This document shows positions 9,732-19,421 of a stretch of DNA of 64,000 nt, piece after piece; positions within the stretch are counted from its first letter, which is position 1; each line of letters begins with the position of its first letter. The stretch lies in IMG/VR virus record IMGVR_UViG_3300017714_000003; one strand, given 5' to 3'. Position numbers and translations under genes: made by a program. Source of the DNA: an uncultured virus (IMG/VR IMGVR_UViG_3300017714_000003). Its lineage: Duplodnaviria; Heunggongvirae; Uroviricota; Caudoviricetes. Below the pieces are notes generated by a model, which did no database searches, was not told where the DNA came from, and saw only the letters and a list, made by a program, of their open reading frames with translations.

Positions 9732-10508
9732 TTACTTGCCACGAGACTGGAATTTTCCGCCTAAATTACGTCCAGTTTGATAAGAAGTCTTACCTAACTC
9801 TTTTCCTAGCTTACCTGCACCGTAAATTGCACCAATTGCCACACCTGCTTTAGTGATTGGGCTGTCCCAAATCTTCTTTTTAGTGTCTTTTTTGTCATTA
9901 ACTATGTAGTTTCCACGCTTTTGGAACTTAGCTAACGCTGGCATCAACTCACTACGCATTGCTTTTCTACGTAAATATTGCATCATTCTAGTAGTAACTA
10001 GGGCTCTTTGATTCTGACTTAAATTATCCCAGTCACCTATTAATCTTCTCATTGATTTAAGCATTCCATCTTGTATGTTTAAATCTCTTTGAAATCTTAG
10101 TAGCATTCTTTGTTCAAATCCTGATTCAGACTTGTTTGCCGCTATATGACTTAGATATCTTATAGCTTCTTGTCTTTTTAAATTAATACGACTTAATGCA
10201 ATCTTATCTCTTGGATCATCATCGTTGACTTCTTTGCCAATCAATCTATTAATCATTACATACAAGTCTGTACCACTTGTTCTGAAATAATCAAAGTTAC
10301 GATATGCTACTGTTCTACTTGCATAATCAGACGCCAATGGAGCAAACTCATAGTCTTTATTAAACATATTTAAAATCATCATGTAAGCAAATGATAACTC
10401 AGCCGCATCATCTACATTTGTTTTATTTTGATTTTGTTTTGTTCTAAACAATCTACTTTCTGTAAATGTGTTAACTAACTGTAATTTGCCTTTATATTGT
10501 TCCATCAT
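9732..10508 (-). CDS. hypothetical protein (late region)
   Basis: start reassigned to ATG 10508 (GAGG RBS, ATGA overlap); FTESRLFR near N-terminus. Confidence 0.65.
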   Translation of the reverse strand: MMEQYKGKLQLVNTFTESRLFRTKQNQNKTNVDDAAELSFAYMMILNMFNKDYEFAPLASDYASRTVAYRNFDYFRTSGTDLYVMINRLIGKEVNDDDPRDKIALSRINLKRQEAIRYLSHIAANKSESGFEQRMLLRFQRDLNIQDGMLKSMRRLIGDWDNLSQNQRALVTTRMMQYLRRKAMRSELMPALAKFQKRGNYIVNDKKDTKKKIWDSPITKAGVAIGAIYGAGKLGKELGKTSYQTGRNLGGKFQSRGK

Positions 10509-10702
10509 TTTGTCCTCGATTGCAATACTTGATTGCATCTATCACTTGCATAGGATGTAAACCATCTTGGTGCAAACGCATGTATCATACACGCATATGC
10601 GGCCTTTTCTAGTTGCCACGAAACCCACATTGCATGTTTAAAATGTTGCCAACGTGTTTCGCCTACTTCCTCTAGGTGCAATTTGCATTTCTTACTTAAC
10701 AT
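10505..10702 (-). CDS. DUF6356-like small protein
   Basis: HLEEVGET..QHFKHA...HAFAP..FT..AS pattern. Confidence 0.6.
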   Translation of the reverse strand: MLSKKCKLHLEEVGETRWQHFKHAMWVSWQLEKAAYACMIHAFAPRWFTSYASDRCNQVLQSRTK

Positions 10703-10706
10703 CTAA

Positions 10707-12056
10707 CTAATCCCTTGGTGCAAAGTTTGCCGCACTAAATTCTAATCTGTCAACAATCTTCATTGCTTTACCTACATGGTCAACAATAACAAATCCTTCT
10801 GGGTCTGTTACTTTAAATGAACCATCTGGTTGTTCAATGAAACTGTCTATTGCTTTTATGTTCTTCATCTTTTGTTGAAACATCATTTTAACTGCTTCAA
10901 CTTTTAGATAAGCACGATACATATCTGCAATCTGTTTCTCATATGTATTTATGATATTTGCTATATCATCTTTTGCTTGTAATCTAGCCTGACCTGCTTT
11001 TCCTTCAGGTCCTGTAGCTAAATTGCTAATTTCTTTATCTAATTTTGCTTGTAAACCTTCTAAAAATCCTTTAACAAAGACATCTGCATCTTGTTCTAAT
11101 GCTTGTCCTGTACGTATTGGTTTATTTGCATGTGCCTTAATAGCATCAACTAATTCTATCTGACCAATCTTTTGATTGATTGCTTTAAAAGTCTTTGCAT
11201 CAACTTTCAGTGTTGCTAATTCTTTAATTGCTAGTCTTATTCTTGCAACATTTTCTTTCTTTAAGTTTACTTGTCCTGATACATCTTTAATACGTGCATC
11301 TGTAAACCAAACATTTGGAGTAGATTTAAGATTACTTGCATCATAACCAAATGATGCTTTCATATCTGCTAAACTATCTCCTGAATAACTTGTATGAAAC
11401 ACAATACCAATCTCAGCCGCCATCATTTCTTTCGCTATCTGACTGTCTGTTGGTACAACATACGTAATTGTATTTGGTTTGAATGCTATATGGGCTTTGC
11501 CCTCTATGTTTGTTTGTTTTAAATCACCCTTAGTAAACAATAAGTCACCTTGTAAGACACCATCAATACCTAAGTCTTTCAAATGTTCTAATGAAGCATT
11601 AAGTTTATTACGTAGACCTTCTTTGCTCACTGGTTCGCCGTTCTTTACAGTATCACCGTGATTTTGTTCAATATCTTGTGAAGATTTATTAAGTTTTGGT
11701 GTTTTAGCAAACACGCCTTTTGTGCCTACAAAGAATTGTCCGTCTGCTGGATCTGTTCCACAAAATACTGCTGGTGATCCGTCCCACTTAGTAGTGATTG
11801 CATCACCGCCACCTTGTCCATCAAGTGTATTTAATAATTTAGTGAACGTATCTACAACACGTTTTATACCTTCTGATCCATTTATGAATACTAATTCTTC
11901 TGCATGGTCTAGGTGTGTATTCTTATCTTCTTCTTTTAATTCAGCATCTAATAGACCTTTTAATTTTTTATGAAAACCTACTTGTTTAAAACGAGGTTTA
12001 CGTAGTCCTCTAAATCTACGCTCTCTGCCTTTGCCTAATATATCTCTTACTTTCAT
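10707..12056 (-). CDS. DUF6267-like protein with ligase-type nucleotidyltransferase motifs
   Basis: NTHLDHAEE, TTKWDGSPA (KxDG), QGDLLF, EGFV, KIVDR. Confidence 0.65.
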   Translation of the reverse strand: MKVRDILGKGRERRFRGLRKPRFKQVGFHKKLKGLLDAELKEEDKNTHLDHAEELVFINGSEGIKRVVDTFTKLLNTLDGQGGGDAITTKWDGSPAVFCGTDPADGQFFVGTKGVFAKTPKLNKSSQDIEQNHGDTVKNGEPVSKEGLRNKLNASLEHLKDLGIDGVLQGDLLFTKGDLKQTNIEGKAHIAFKPNTITYVVPTDSQIAKEMMAAEIGIVFHTSYSGDSLADMKASFGYDASNLKSTPNVWFTDARIKDVSGQVNLKKENVARIRLAIKELATLKVDAKTFKAINQKIGQIELVDAIKAHANKPIRTGQALEQDADVFVKGFLEGLQAKLDKEISNLATGPEGKAGQARLQAKDDIANIINTYEKQIADMYRAYLKVEAVKMMFQQKMKNIKAIDSFIEQPDGSFKVTDPEGFVIVDHVGKAMKIVDRLEFSAANFAPRD

Positions 12057-12274
12057 TGTTTATCCCCAAAAGGTCTCTCGCCAGTTAAATGAGGCTTAGC
12101 AAACCATAACTTAAACCATTCATCTGTGCCTGGCTGTATATTATGCTTCTTTTGGAGTTTAGATTTCTCTGTACCAGTATAAGATATGTTCTCTTGTTGA
12201 GTTTCTTCTGGTAGATATGGTTTATATATACCTGATAGTACTTTTAATCTATTTAACTGTTGCTCTAAAGTCAT
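12053..12274 (-). CDS. hypothetical protein
   Basis: LNRLKVLSG motif; IQPGTDEWFKLWF. Confidence 0.65.
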   Translation of the reverse strand: MTLEQQLNRLKVLSGIYKPYLPEETQQENISYTGTEKSKLQKKHNIQPGTDEWFKLWFAKPHLTGERPFGDKQ

Positions 12275-12522
12275 TATGTTTTAGCCTTGACACTTTTTAT
12301 ACCACGTTTAAACTTTCTCGGATCTTGAGACCTAATACTATTAACTAATCTCTTAGTTAAGTCATTTGCAGTCTCATCATCAAACTCACGATTGATAAAT
12401 TCTATAAGATTTATCGCTCCCGTTATGATATGTTCGCCTTTTTGCTCTACTAAACGTTTATTATCTCTATCATATGAGATAGAATTTAGTTCTTCAAATA
12501 GACTTTTACGAGGTTTATCCAT
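12274..12522 (-). CDS. hypothetical protein
   Basis: GGAG RBS and late promoter 12544-12551. Confidence 0.7.
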   Translation of the reverse strand: MDKPRKSLFEELNSISYDRDNKRLVEQKGEHIITGAINLIEFINREFDDETANDLTKRLVNSIRSQDPRKFKRGIKSVKAKT

Positions 12523-12549
12523 GATATTTCTCCGTTCTAACTGTATTTA

Positions 12550-13953
12550 TCAGTTTTCATCAAAAGGAGTGCGTGTCTTGGTCTTTAACATTGCTCTCAG
12601 GTTCATTGCAACATCAGTCTTTTCTTCTTCGTTAGTTTCTGGTGCTTTTACTACGGTTTTTTGACGTAATGTATCGACTACATTCATCGTATTTGATGTA
12701 TTTTGAGCATCAGCTAACCCTTCTGTATCATCTGAAATCTTAAGACTATCTCTGTCAAATACTAGATTAATTTTGCTACCTACACCACTACTTGAACGTG
12801 TTTTCAATAACTGTAATTGATATTGACCACGTTCTCTCATTGCTTGACTTGTAAAGATACCAATAACATTATCCGCAGTTTGAATTTTAGAGATACCACC
12901 TGCGATATGTGAATGGTCAAATTCGATTTCTTCAACTGCACTTCTATTTAACTGTGATGCAGTTACCAAAACAGTTTCAGTTTCCATTGCAAAGTTACGA
13001 ATTTCTTCTGTTACATATTTGTCTTTAATAAACAAATCACTTGCTGACACTTTCTTTGTTGCTGGCATTAACAAATCTAAGTAATCTACACACATACAAT
13101 CTACACGTTTGCCAGTTTGTATCTGTAGTTCTTTAATGTAAGAACGCAAGTCATTAATTGAAGAACCAGAAGGAAGATACTTAACACGTAACATGCCAGA
13201 CTTCTTACCTTTAGTTTTAACTTGTAATTCTACATCATCTAATTCTTTAAAAATTCTTTTTGTACTTCTATCAGTAAGCATTGCATCCATACGCATACTT
13301 GATAGTTCTTCTGAAAGTTCAAGTGTAAAGTATACACAATTCATTCCTGCTTCTGCCCAATTCAAACTCATATTTTGCATGAACAAAGATTTACCTGCAC
13401 CTGATCCACCACAGAAAATAGAAATCTCACCACGATTGATACCACCATAAAGTTTATCATCTAATGATTTCCAACCAGTTGTGATTTGTCCGTTATTGTC
13501 TTTTAGTTTTTCAAGTCTTGCTCTAGGATCTGCAAAGTAATCTGTACCTAATGAACGTGCAAGTCCAGTTTGTACTGCTTCTTTAATTCTAAGTTCTACT
13601 TCTCCATACTTACCTGTTTCAAGCAAGTCTGCACTATCAATGATTGCTTTTTCGATTGCTTTGTGTCTACAAAAAGTTTCAAACTCATCGATAAACCAAT
13701 CTACGTGTTGATTGATGTTATCTAATTTTTCTATCTCTTGTCCTGTTTGTGCTTTGATAATTTCAGTAGTTGGAATCGTAGCATATTCTTCACTATGATT
13801 AACTAATACTTCGACTACTTTTCTGATATTTCTATCAAAATACTTAGGTTCGACTATCGCTCTGACTCTTGAATAAAGTTCAGGATCAGTTATCATAAAC
13901 TGAACAAACAATTTCTGCAAATCTAAACTATAATCTTTTACTTCTTCTGCCAT
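12550..13953 (-). CDS. replicative DnaB-like helicase (T4 gp41-like)
   Basis: GGSGAGKS Walker A, TLELSEE, VDYLDL, TASQLNR, KTRSS. Confidence 0.93.
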   Translation of the reverse strand: MAEEVKDYSLDLQKLFVQFMITDPELYSRVRAIVEPKYFDRNIRKVVEVLVNHSEEYATIPTTEIIKAQTGQEIEKLDNINQHVDWFIDEFETFCRHKAIEKAIIDSADLLETGKYGEVELRIKEAVQTGLARSLGTDYFADPRARLEKLKDNNGQITTGWKSLDDKLYGGINRGEISIFCGGSGAGKSLFMQNMSLNWAEAGMNCVYFTLELSEELSSMRMDAMLTDRSTKRIFKELDDVELQVKTKGKKSGMLRVKYLPSGSSINDLRSYIKELQIQTGKRVDCMCVDYLDLLMPATKKVSASDLFIKDKYVTEEIRNFAMETETVLVTASQLNRSAVEEIEFDHSHIAGGISKIQTADNVIGIFTSQAMRERGQYQLQLLKTRSSSGVGSKINLVFDRDSLKISDDTEGLADAQNTSNTMNVVDTLRQKTVVKAPETNEEEKTDVAMNLRAMLKTKTRTPFDEN

Positions 13954-13988
13954 ACTTCTATTCTACTCAATCCAACGTTGAATGTCAA
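13954..13988 (-). promoter_or_regulatory. sigma70-type promoter, leaderless geometry
   Basis: TTGACA-17-TAGAAT-6 nt-ATG, no SD. Confidence 0.8.
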
Positions 13989-13993
13989 CTTCT

Positions 13994-14509
13994 TTATTCG
14001 TGTTCGCCGCCCGGGTCTCCTTCTGGTAACTCTACTTTATGTGCGTTACCATCTTTATCTCTGTAGATAGTATAGTTTCTGCCACGTCCATATGACGTAT
14101 ACCCATTAGCAAAATTCATTAATTTTATAGGGTTACGTTTTGCAGTTTCAAATGTCGCTACTGTTACGGCAATGGCTCCTAGTAATACTACATGTGCCAT
14201 CATGCTAATTATACCTATCCATAAACTGCCTACAATAAACGAAAAAGTTATACACCACATCCATGCTAATATTTGCATAATCATATGTCGTGTACTAAAA
14301 TCTGGAATGTTACTTAGAGGATTTCTTTTATCATCCATTACACTATTCCAACAATCATATACCCATTCTTTCATAGAAAATACTCCTTCTAATGTTACTC
14401 TTATTGGATAATATGCATCTGCATTATCCTTGGCTTCTATCGCATCATATAAGTTTTTAAAAGTTTCTGTATATGTACGATTTTTAAAATATGCGGTAAC
14501 TTTATACAT
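13994..14509 (-). CDS. membrane protein (two TM helices); possible internal start at MKEWV
   Basis: hydrophobic ILAWMWCITFSFIVGSLWIGIISMMAHVVLLGAIAVTV; internal AAGGAG before MKEWV. Confidence 0.6.
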   Translation of the reverse strand: MYKVTAYFKNRTYTETFKNLYDAIEAKDNADAYYPIRVTLEGVFSMKEWVYDCWNSVMDDKRNPLSNIPDFSTRHMIMQILAWMWCITFSFIVGSLWIGIISMMAHVVLLGAIAVTVATFETAKRNPIKLMNFANGYTSYGRGRNYTIYRDKDGNAHKVELPEGDPGGEHE

Positions 14510-14930
14510 TTTTGTTTTCTCTTATTTCTTTTTTCTCTAAACTTAATTTTTCTTTTGCACTCATTAAGTATGCCGCGCCTGCCAATACTGCAATAGCACC
14601 TGCTTCTGCAACAAGCATCCAAGGATCTGCTTCTTTACTATGTAGAACAATTAATCTACAAAGTGCCGTCATAGCAATGATAATAGGTAGAGTAACAGGT
14701 ATTCTATTACTAATATAGAATGCTCCTACCATTCCTACAATCTCTGCATAGATAAAAAGTAAAAACAAGTCGCCTAGTTCTACTTGCATGTTCTTTAACA
14801 TGTGAAAAATATCTGAACCAGCCGCAAACATAGTTAGTAATCCAATTACTGCTAATAATAATTTTTCACTATAAAGTGTTGTCCAATGCAACCTACTATT
14901 AATCTTAGTAATATCTAATTTAATTTTCAT
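14502..14930 (-). CDS. psiE: phosphate-starvation-inducible PsiE family membrane protein
   Basis: [35 protein letters not shown]. Confidence 0.85.
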   Translation of the reverse strand: MKIKLDITKINSRLHWTTLYSEKLLLAVIGLLTMFAAGSDIFHMLKNMQVELGDLFLLFIYAEIVGMVGAFYISNRIPVTLPIIIAMTALCRLIVLHSKEADPWMLVAEAGAIAVLAGAAYLMSAKEKLSLEKKEIRENKNV

Positions 14931-15871
14931 GAATGTATCTTAACCTTAAATAAACTACTTACACTTTCTTCATTATTAACTCGTCTGATTGCTTCTCCTA
15001 ATAATCCACAAACACTTACTGAACGTGTCTTTTTCCACGAAAGTTTATGATTGATACTATCAGTAATAACAAGTTCATCTAATTTACTTTTTTCAACTCT
15101 TTCACATGCTTTGTTACTTAGCACTCCATGAGTGATATATGCTCTAACACTTAATGCACCTGCATTTAAAATTGCCTCAGCCGCATTACAAAGAGTACCA
15201 CCACTATCAACAATATCATCTACAAGAATTGCATGTTTGCCTTTTACTTCACCAATCAAATTCATAACTTCTGCCTTGCCTGCTTCTGGTCTTCGTTTGT
15301 CAACGATTGCATAATTGGCATGATACATATCAGCAAACTTTCTTGCTCTTACTGTACCACCAGCATCTGGTGAAACAAATACAATTGGTTCTTCTGTTAC
15401 TTTAATAGTTCTTTGAATATCTTTTGCAAAGACTAACCTACTCGTTAAATCATCAACAGGAATATCAAAGAATCCTTGAATTTGACCAGCATGTAAGTCC
15501 ATTGTTAAAATTCTATCAGCACCTGCTTTTGTAAGCAGATTCGCAACTAACTTTGCAGTTATAGGAGTACGTGATGCACTCTTTCTATCTTGTCTTGCAT
15601 AACCAAAATAAGGAATTACCGCAGTGATACGACTAGCACTACTACGTTTTGCCGCATCAATCATAATCAATAATTCCATTAAGTTATCATTTACAGGAGT
15701 GCTTGTGCTTTGAATAATGAAAACGTCTTCACCTCTGATATTTTCATGAAACTCTACTGAGCATTCACCATCTGCAAATGTTTTTATTTCTGCTGGAACA
15801 ATATCTGTAAAACAATGTTCAGCTACCTTCTCAGCCAGTTCAACATTACTGTTGCCTGCGATAATCTTCAT
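14927..15871 (-). CDS. prs: ribose-phosphate pyrophosphokinase
   Basis: [45 protein letters not shown]. Confidence 0.96.
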   Translation of the reverse strand: MKIIAGNSNVELAEKVAEHCFTDIVPAEIKTFADGECSVEFHENIRGEDVFIIQSTSTPVNDNLMELLIMIDAAKRSSASRITAVIPYFGYARQDRKSASRTPITAKLVANLLTKAGADRILTMDLHAGQIQGFFDIPVDDLTSRLVFAKDIQRTIKVTEEPIVFVSPDAGGTVRARKFADMYHANYAIVDKRRPEAGKAEVMNLIGEVKGKHAILVDDIVDSGGTLCNAAEAILNAGALSVRAYITHGVLSNKACERVEKSKLDELVITDSINHKLSWKKTRSVSVCGLLGEAIRRVNNEESVSSLFKVKIHS

Positions 15872-15904
15872 AGAACCCACCTTTGTTACAAAATTATTAC
15901 TGTT

Positions 15905-15933
15905 AGAATAACAGATTTAGTTGAAAGAGTCAA
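15905..15933 (-). promoter_or_regulatory. sigma70-type promoter for prs/psiE
   Basis: TTGACT-17-TATTCT. Confidence 0.65.
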
Positions 15934-15943
15934 TAGAAAACTG

Positions 15944-16585
15944 TTAATAAGTTGTAATTAATTCGTCTGCGATACCATGCTTAACTGCTTCTTCTGGAGT
16001 AAGCCAATGGTCTGTCTTGGGTGCTAATAGATGTTTACGAATGTAAGTTTTTGTTTTACCTGTACACTTGATATAATGTTCTAATAACTTTTCGTTAGTC
16101 CAATCCATATGTTTTTTACTATCTAACATATCATGATATTGACCTTTTTGACCACCTGAGAATTCATGTGACATTACTGCGGTATTTTGTGTGACATAAC
16201 GATGACCTTTTACACCACTCATCATCAACATAACTCCACAACTTGCAATAGAACCCATTCCATATGTATATACTGGAATACGTGATTGTTTGATTGTATC
16301 AATTAGATGCATACAACTGTCTACCAAACCACCTGGTGAATTAATATATAAGTGAATAATATCTGGTGCTTTATCTTTTGGCATCAGATTGTATTCTAAA
16401 ATCATTCTTACAAGAGGCATACAGTTGTCTTGGTTGAACTCTTTGTCCATGAACAATACACCATTCTCTCTTAAGAACTCACCTGCCTGCTTTGGTGGTA
16501 CTGGCGGAGTTGGCATCGGAGGGGGTGGGGGTGGTGCCGGTTGTTCTTTGGGTTGTGGTATAATTGTACTCTTTACTTTTTTCAT
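15944..16585 (-). CDS. clpP: ClpP-like protease subunit with proline-rich N-terminus
   Basis: LYINSPGG, IASCG (Ser), MSHE (His), DHWLTPEEAVKHGIAD. Confidence 0.88.
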   Translation of the reverse strand: MKKVKSTIIPQPKEQPAPPPPPPMPTPPVPPKQAGEFLRENGVLFMDKEFNQDNCMPLVRMILEYNLMPKDKAPDIIHLYINSPGGLVDSCMHLIDTIKQSRIPVYTYGMGSIASCGVMLMMSGVKGHRYVTQNTAVMSHEFSGGQKGQYHDMLDSKKHMDWTNEKLLEHYIKCTGKTKTYIRKHLLAPKTDHWLTPEEAVKHGIADELITTY

Positions 16586-16588
16586 AGT

Positions 16589-17590
16589 TTATCCTATTCT
16601 CATTTTCACACTTATTTTAGTGTTGTTACTTATACGTGCATCTATAATACTTTGTAAGGTATATAGTTTACCATATCGTTGAATTGCATCTGCGGCATCT
16701 TTAATGTCGTCCTCCCACATAGGGAAAGATACACTCCAACCATTTTCTTGGGCTTGTTTGATTAACTTCTCTCCAGCTTTGTCTCTGTCGGGACAAACAA
16801 TAACCTCTCCTTTAAACTGATTTATATAATCAATTTGGTCTTGTGAAGCCTCGTTACTTGTAATCGCAATACAATCCAATGCAAGAGCATCGATTATACC
16901 TTCACATACGATTAAGTATTTATTATTAGATTTTACCTTGTCTACGTTATGTAAAAATTTTCTCGGTGCTTTCGTCATGTATTTAGACGAGGACTTTCCA
17001 GTTATATCTCTAGCAGTATATCCTACTATTCTATCTCCTTGATAAAATGGAAATATAATTCTATTTTTAAAAAACTTATCTGGAGACCAATAACAATCCT
17101 CTATATTATCATATACTCCTCTATCAATCAAATATTTAACTGCATAGATGGCTCCTTCTGGAGGATTATCTTTTGCTAGTAAAACTTCCAAATCTTCCGA
17201 ACCTTCAGGTAGTTCGACATCAGGAAAACTTGGAACACGTGTCACTTGTGTTTTAGATGTAAATAGGTATGGACCTTCAGACAACTCTTTCTGACGGATT
17301 GCTTCTAACTGTAAACGCTTAATCTCGCTTTCAGAAATATTCATATTTCGCATGAGTTTTAAAAATTTCTTGTTAAGTATTCTTCCGTGACGATGGCTTG
17401 CAGTGAACCCACAGTTAAAACAGTGGTATGATATGGAATCACCGTCGCTACGAACACCCCCACGCATTCTAGTATCCAAACGAGGCTCGCCTTCCTCGAT
17501 ACAACATGGGCAGTTGAAACTAGTCCAGCCACCACTAGATTGTCTGTTCTTTCCAGGGATATGTGTGAATATTACTTGTTGAAGGTCCAT
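16589..17590 (-). CDS. DNA primase (T4 gp61-like)
   Basis: FNCPCC...YHCFNCG zinc finger, GYTAR, TOPRIM CEGIIDA and PDRDKAG. Confidence 0.9.
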   Translation of the reverse strand: MDLQQVIFTHIPGKNRQSSGGWTSFNCPCCIEEGEPRLDTRMRGGVRSDGDSISYHCFNCGFTASHRHGRILNKKFLKLMRNMNISESEIKRLQLEAIRQKELSEGPYLFTSKTQVTRVPSFPDVELPEGSEDLEVLLAKDNPPEGAIYAVKYLIDRGVYDNIEDCYWSPDKFFKNRIIFPFYQGDRIVGYTARDITGKSSSKYMTKAPRKFLHNVDKVKSNNKYLIVCEGIIDALALDCIAITSNEASQDQIDYINQFKGEVIVCPDRDKAGEKLIKQAQENGWSVSFPMWEDDIKDAADAIQRYGKLYTLQSIIDARISNNTKISVKMRIG

Positions 17591-17625
17591 ACTAGTATAA
17601 TAGCAAACTAGGACCAGAAAGTCAA
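17591..17625 (-). promoter_or_regulatory. sigma70-type promoter, leaderless geometry
   Basis: TTGACT-17-TATTAT-6 nt-ATG, no SD. Confidence 0.8.
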
Positions 17626-17633
17626 GTGCTATA

Positions 17634-18431
17634 TTAGTTTCTTAGTAGAACTTTTTTAATAGAACCGTTAGTCGCAGTGTATCTAACTCTTATCCAATTT
17701 ACGTTTGCTTCAAGCACAAATGCTTGTACACCAGTCTCATTATTAACTGTGATATCTGGATTTGAGAATAGTTTTGGATTGATATTGAACCAATCTGAGT
17801 GTTGTGAACTTGGTTGTTCACTTAAATCGCCTTGTAAATTAACAGTTCCAGAGAAATTGTCAAAGTATAAAGCTACAGTATGAATTGATTTTGACTTAGA
17901 TGTTGATGAAGATCCATCGAAAGCAGTTGACATAAAGTAAGAGCCATCGTTAAAAAATGTTGAACTTTCCTGTGAATCTACAAACTCTGGATATACATCG
18001 TCTATGACTTCGATTACGCCTTTAGCATTATCGTATGTGTCAGTGTATATGATTTGTTCTACACCATTTTCTACAGTATACATAGCAAATTGATAAAAGC
18101 CCTGAGGTAGCATTATCGTATCTGTTGTAAATATAGTTAATTGTGCCATACCTTTGGTTGCGTTGGTGACAGTAAGGTATTTGAATAGTACGTTCTCTCT
18201 CGTTTCTCTATCGTACATTTTCCATATAATAGTTTTGTTAGTCAAGTCGATAGGTTTTCTATCGGTATCTCGTAAATTAAATCTAAGAGTATTATCAATA
18301 CCCTTATGAAGTTTGTGTTGTCCGTCATACATTGGCATATTCCTCAGGTAAGTTGTCATGTTACTTGTGTTGTCACCATCTGCACAAGTAATCTCAATAG
18401 TTTTTTCATATTGATACATGTTTAAATTCAT
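17634..18431 (-). CDS. probable virion beta-sandwich protein (BppU-like N-terminus)
   Basis: HKGIDNTLRFNLRDTDRKPIDLT pattern; start reassigned to ATG 18431 just after late promoter 18437-18444. Confidence 0.55.
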   Translation of the reverse strand: MNLNMYQYEKTIEITCADGDNTSNMTTYLRNMPMYDGQHKLHKGIDNTLRFNLRDTDRKPIDLTNKTIIWKMYDRETRENVLFKYLTVTNATKGMAQLTIFTTDTIMLPQGFYQFAMYTVENGVEQIIYTDTYDNAKGVIEVIDDVYPEFVDSQESSTFFNDGSYFMSTAFDGSSSTSKSKSIHTVALYFDNFSGTVNLQGDLSEQPSSQHSDWFNINPKLFSNPDITVNNETGVQAFVLEANVNWIRVRYTATNGSIKKVLLRN

Positions 18432-18481
18432 ATATGTATTTATCTCCCAGAGACCATTTTCTAGGTTAGCTAAATATAACG

Positions 18482-18871
18482 ATGGACAAAGAAAAACAAC
18501 AATGGATGCAAGAGAATTATCCGTTCTTCTCATATGTTAGATACGGAAATAAAAAAGAATTTACTGAGCATCTAGGTATAATTATAAATTCAGACCAAGT
18601 AATCACTTCGATGTACAACTTTGAGGCAATACCAACACCTGAATTAAGAAAGAAGTTCGTAGAATTAGGAGAACAATGGTGGTGGGAGTCTAATAGGCTT
18701 ATGCCGATTAATTTATTTTTAGGCTCACAGATTGGCAAGTATAAGAATTGGATATTGAATATGAATTCAAAAGATGTTGAGGTAACATGGGGACCAGAGA
18801 CTAGTCTATCAAATATTATACAGAAACGTATTAAGAGGCGTTCTGTTCAACTTGTTCGCAAAATAGATTAA
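18482..18871 (+). CDS. hypothetical protein
   Basis: YPFFSYV..GIIIN..WWWESNR..PIN; TAAATA 5 nt before ATG. Confidence 0.7.
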   Translation: MDKEKQQWMQENYPFFSYVRYGNKKEFTEHLGIIINSDQVITSMYNFEAIPTPELRKKFVELGEQWWWESNRLMPINLFLGSQIGKYKNWILNMNSKDVEVTWGPETSLSNIIQKRIKRRSVQLVRKID

Positions 18872-19421
18872 GCTGAACCACAATACTTACTGCATATGCA
18901 ATAGCATGTGCTTTTTTAAAATAGTAAGTACCATCTTCTGGCTTTTGCCAAACTAATTCAGAAATCTTAGACTTACTTTCATTAAGCAAGTGCCTTTTTG
19001 CAGGTCTAATGACCGCTAGAACTTCTGCCAGTTCCATTACACTTTGAGGTTTCATTACTTTCAAAACATCTATATGATTATGTACGTGTGCAAGATTTTT
19101 TACAATATCTTCGTGTTGTAATAAATCCCATAAAGGTTCTTTATCAATCAATGCATCAAGGTGTTTTTCATCACGGACACCTTCATATAAACTGTTATTA
19201 AGAAAATCTAGTTTAAAGTATCCACGTTCTTCTGCTTCTTTATATTCGATAGCAGATAAACCAGATATTGGATCATATGGAATAGGCTGTAGATATACAC
19301 CACTATTATGTTTTGTCCAGTTATCGCCTTTTTTGATACTGGCTGTTATGTGTCGAAAATGTGTAAGGACTGTGTCACGGTCAATTACATCAATATCAAT
19401 ATCTGTTTCTACTTTATTCAT
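18831..19421 (-). CDS. minimal DNA polymerase III alpha (family C) catalytic core
   Basis: TDIDID, KHNSG, GYFKLDFL, IRP, FKKAHAIAYA in DnaE order within 196 aa. Confidence 0.82.
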   Translation of the reverse strand: MNKVETDIDIDVIDRDTVLTHFRHITASIKKGDNWTKHNSGVYLQPIPYDPISGLSAIEYKEAEERGYFKLDFLNNSLYEGVRDEKHLDALIDKEPLWDLLQHEDIVKNLAHVHNHIDVLKVMKPQSVMELAEVLAVIRPAKRHLLNESKSKISELVWQKPEDGTYYFKKAHAIAYAVSIVVQLNLFCEQVEQNAS

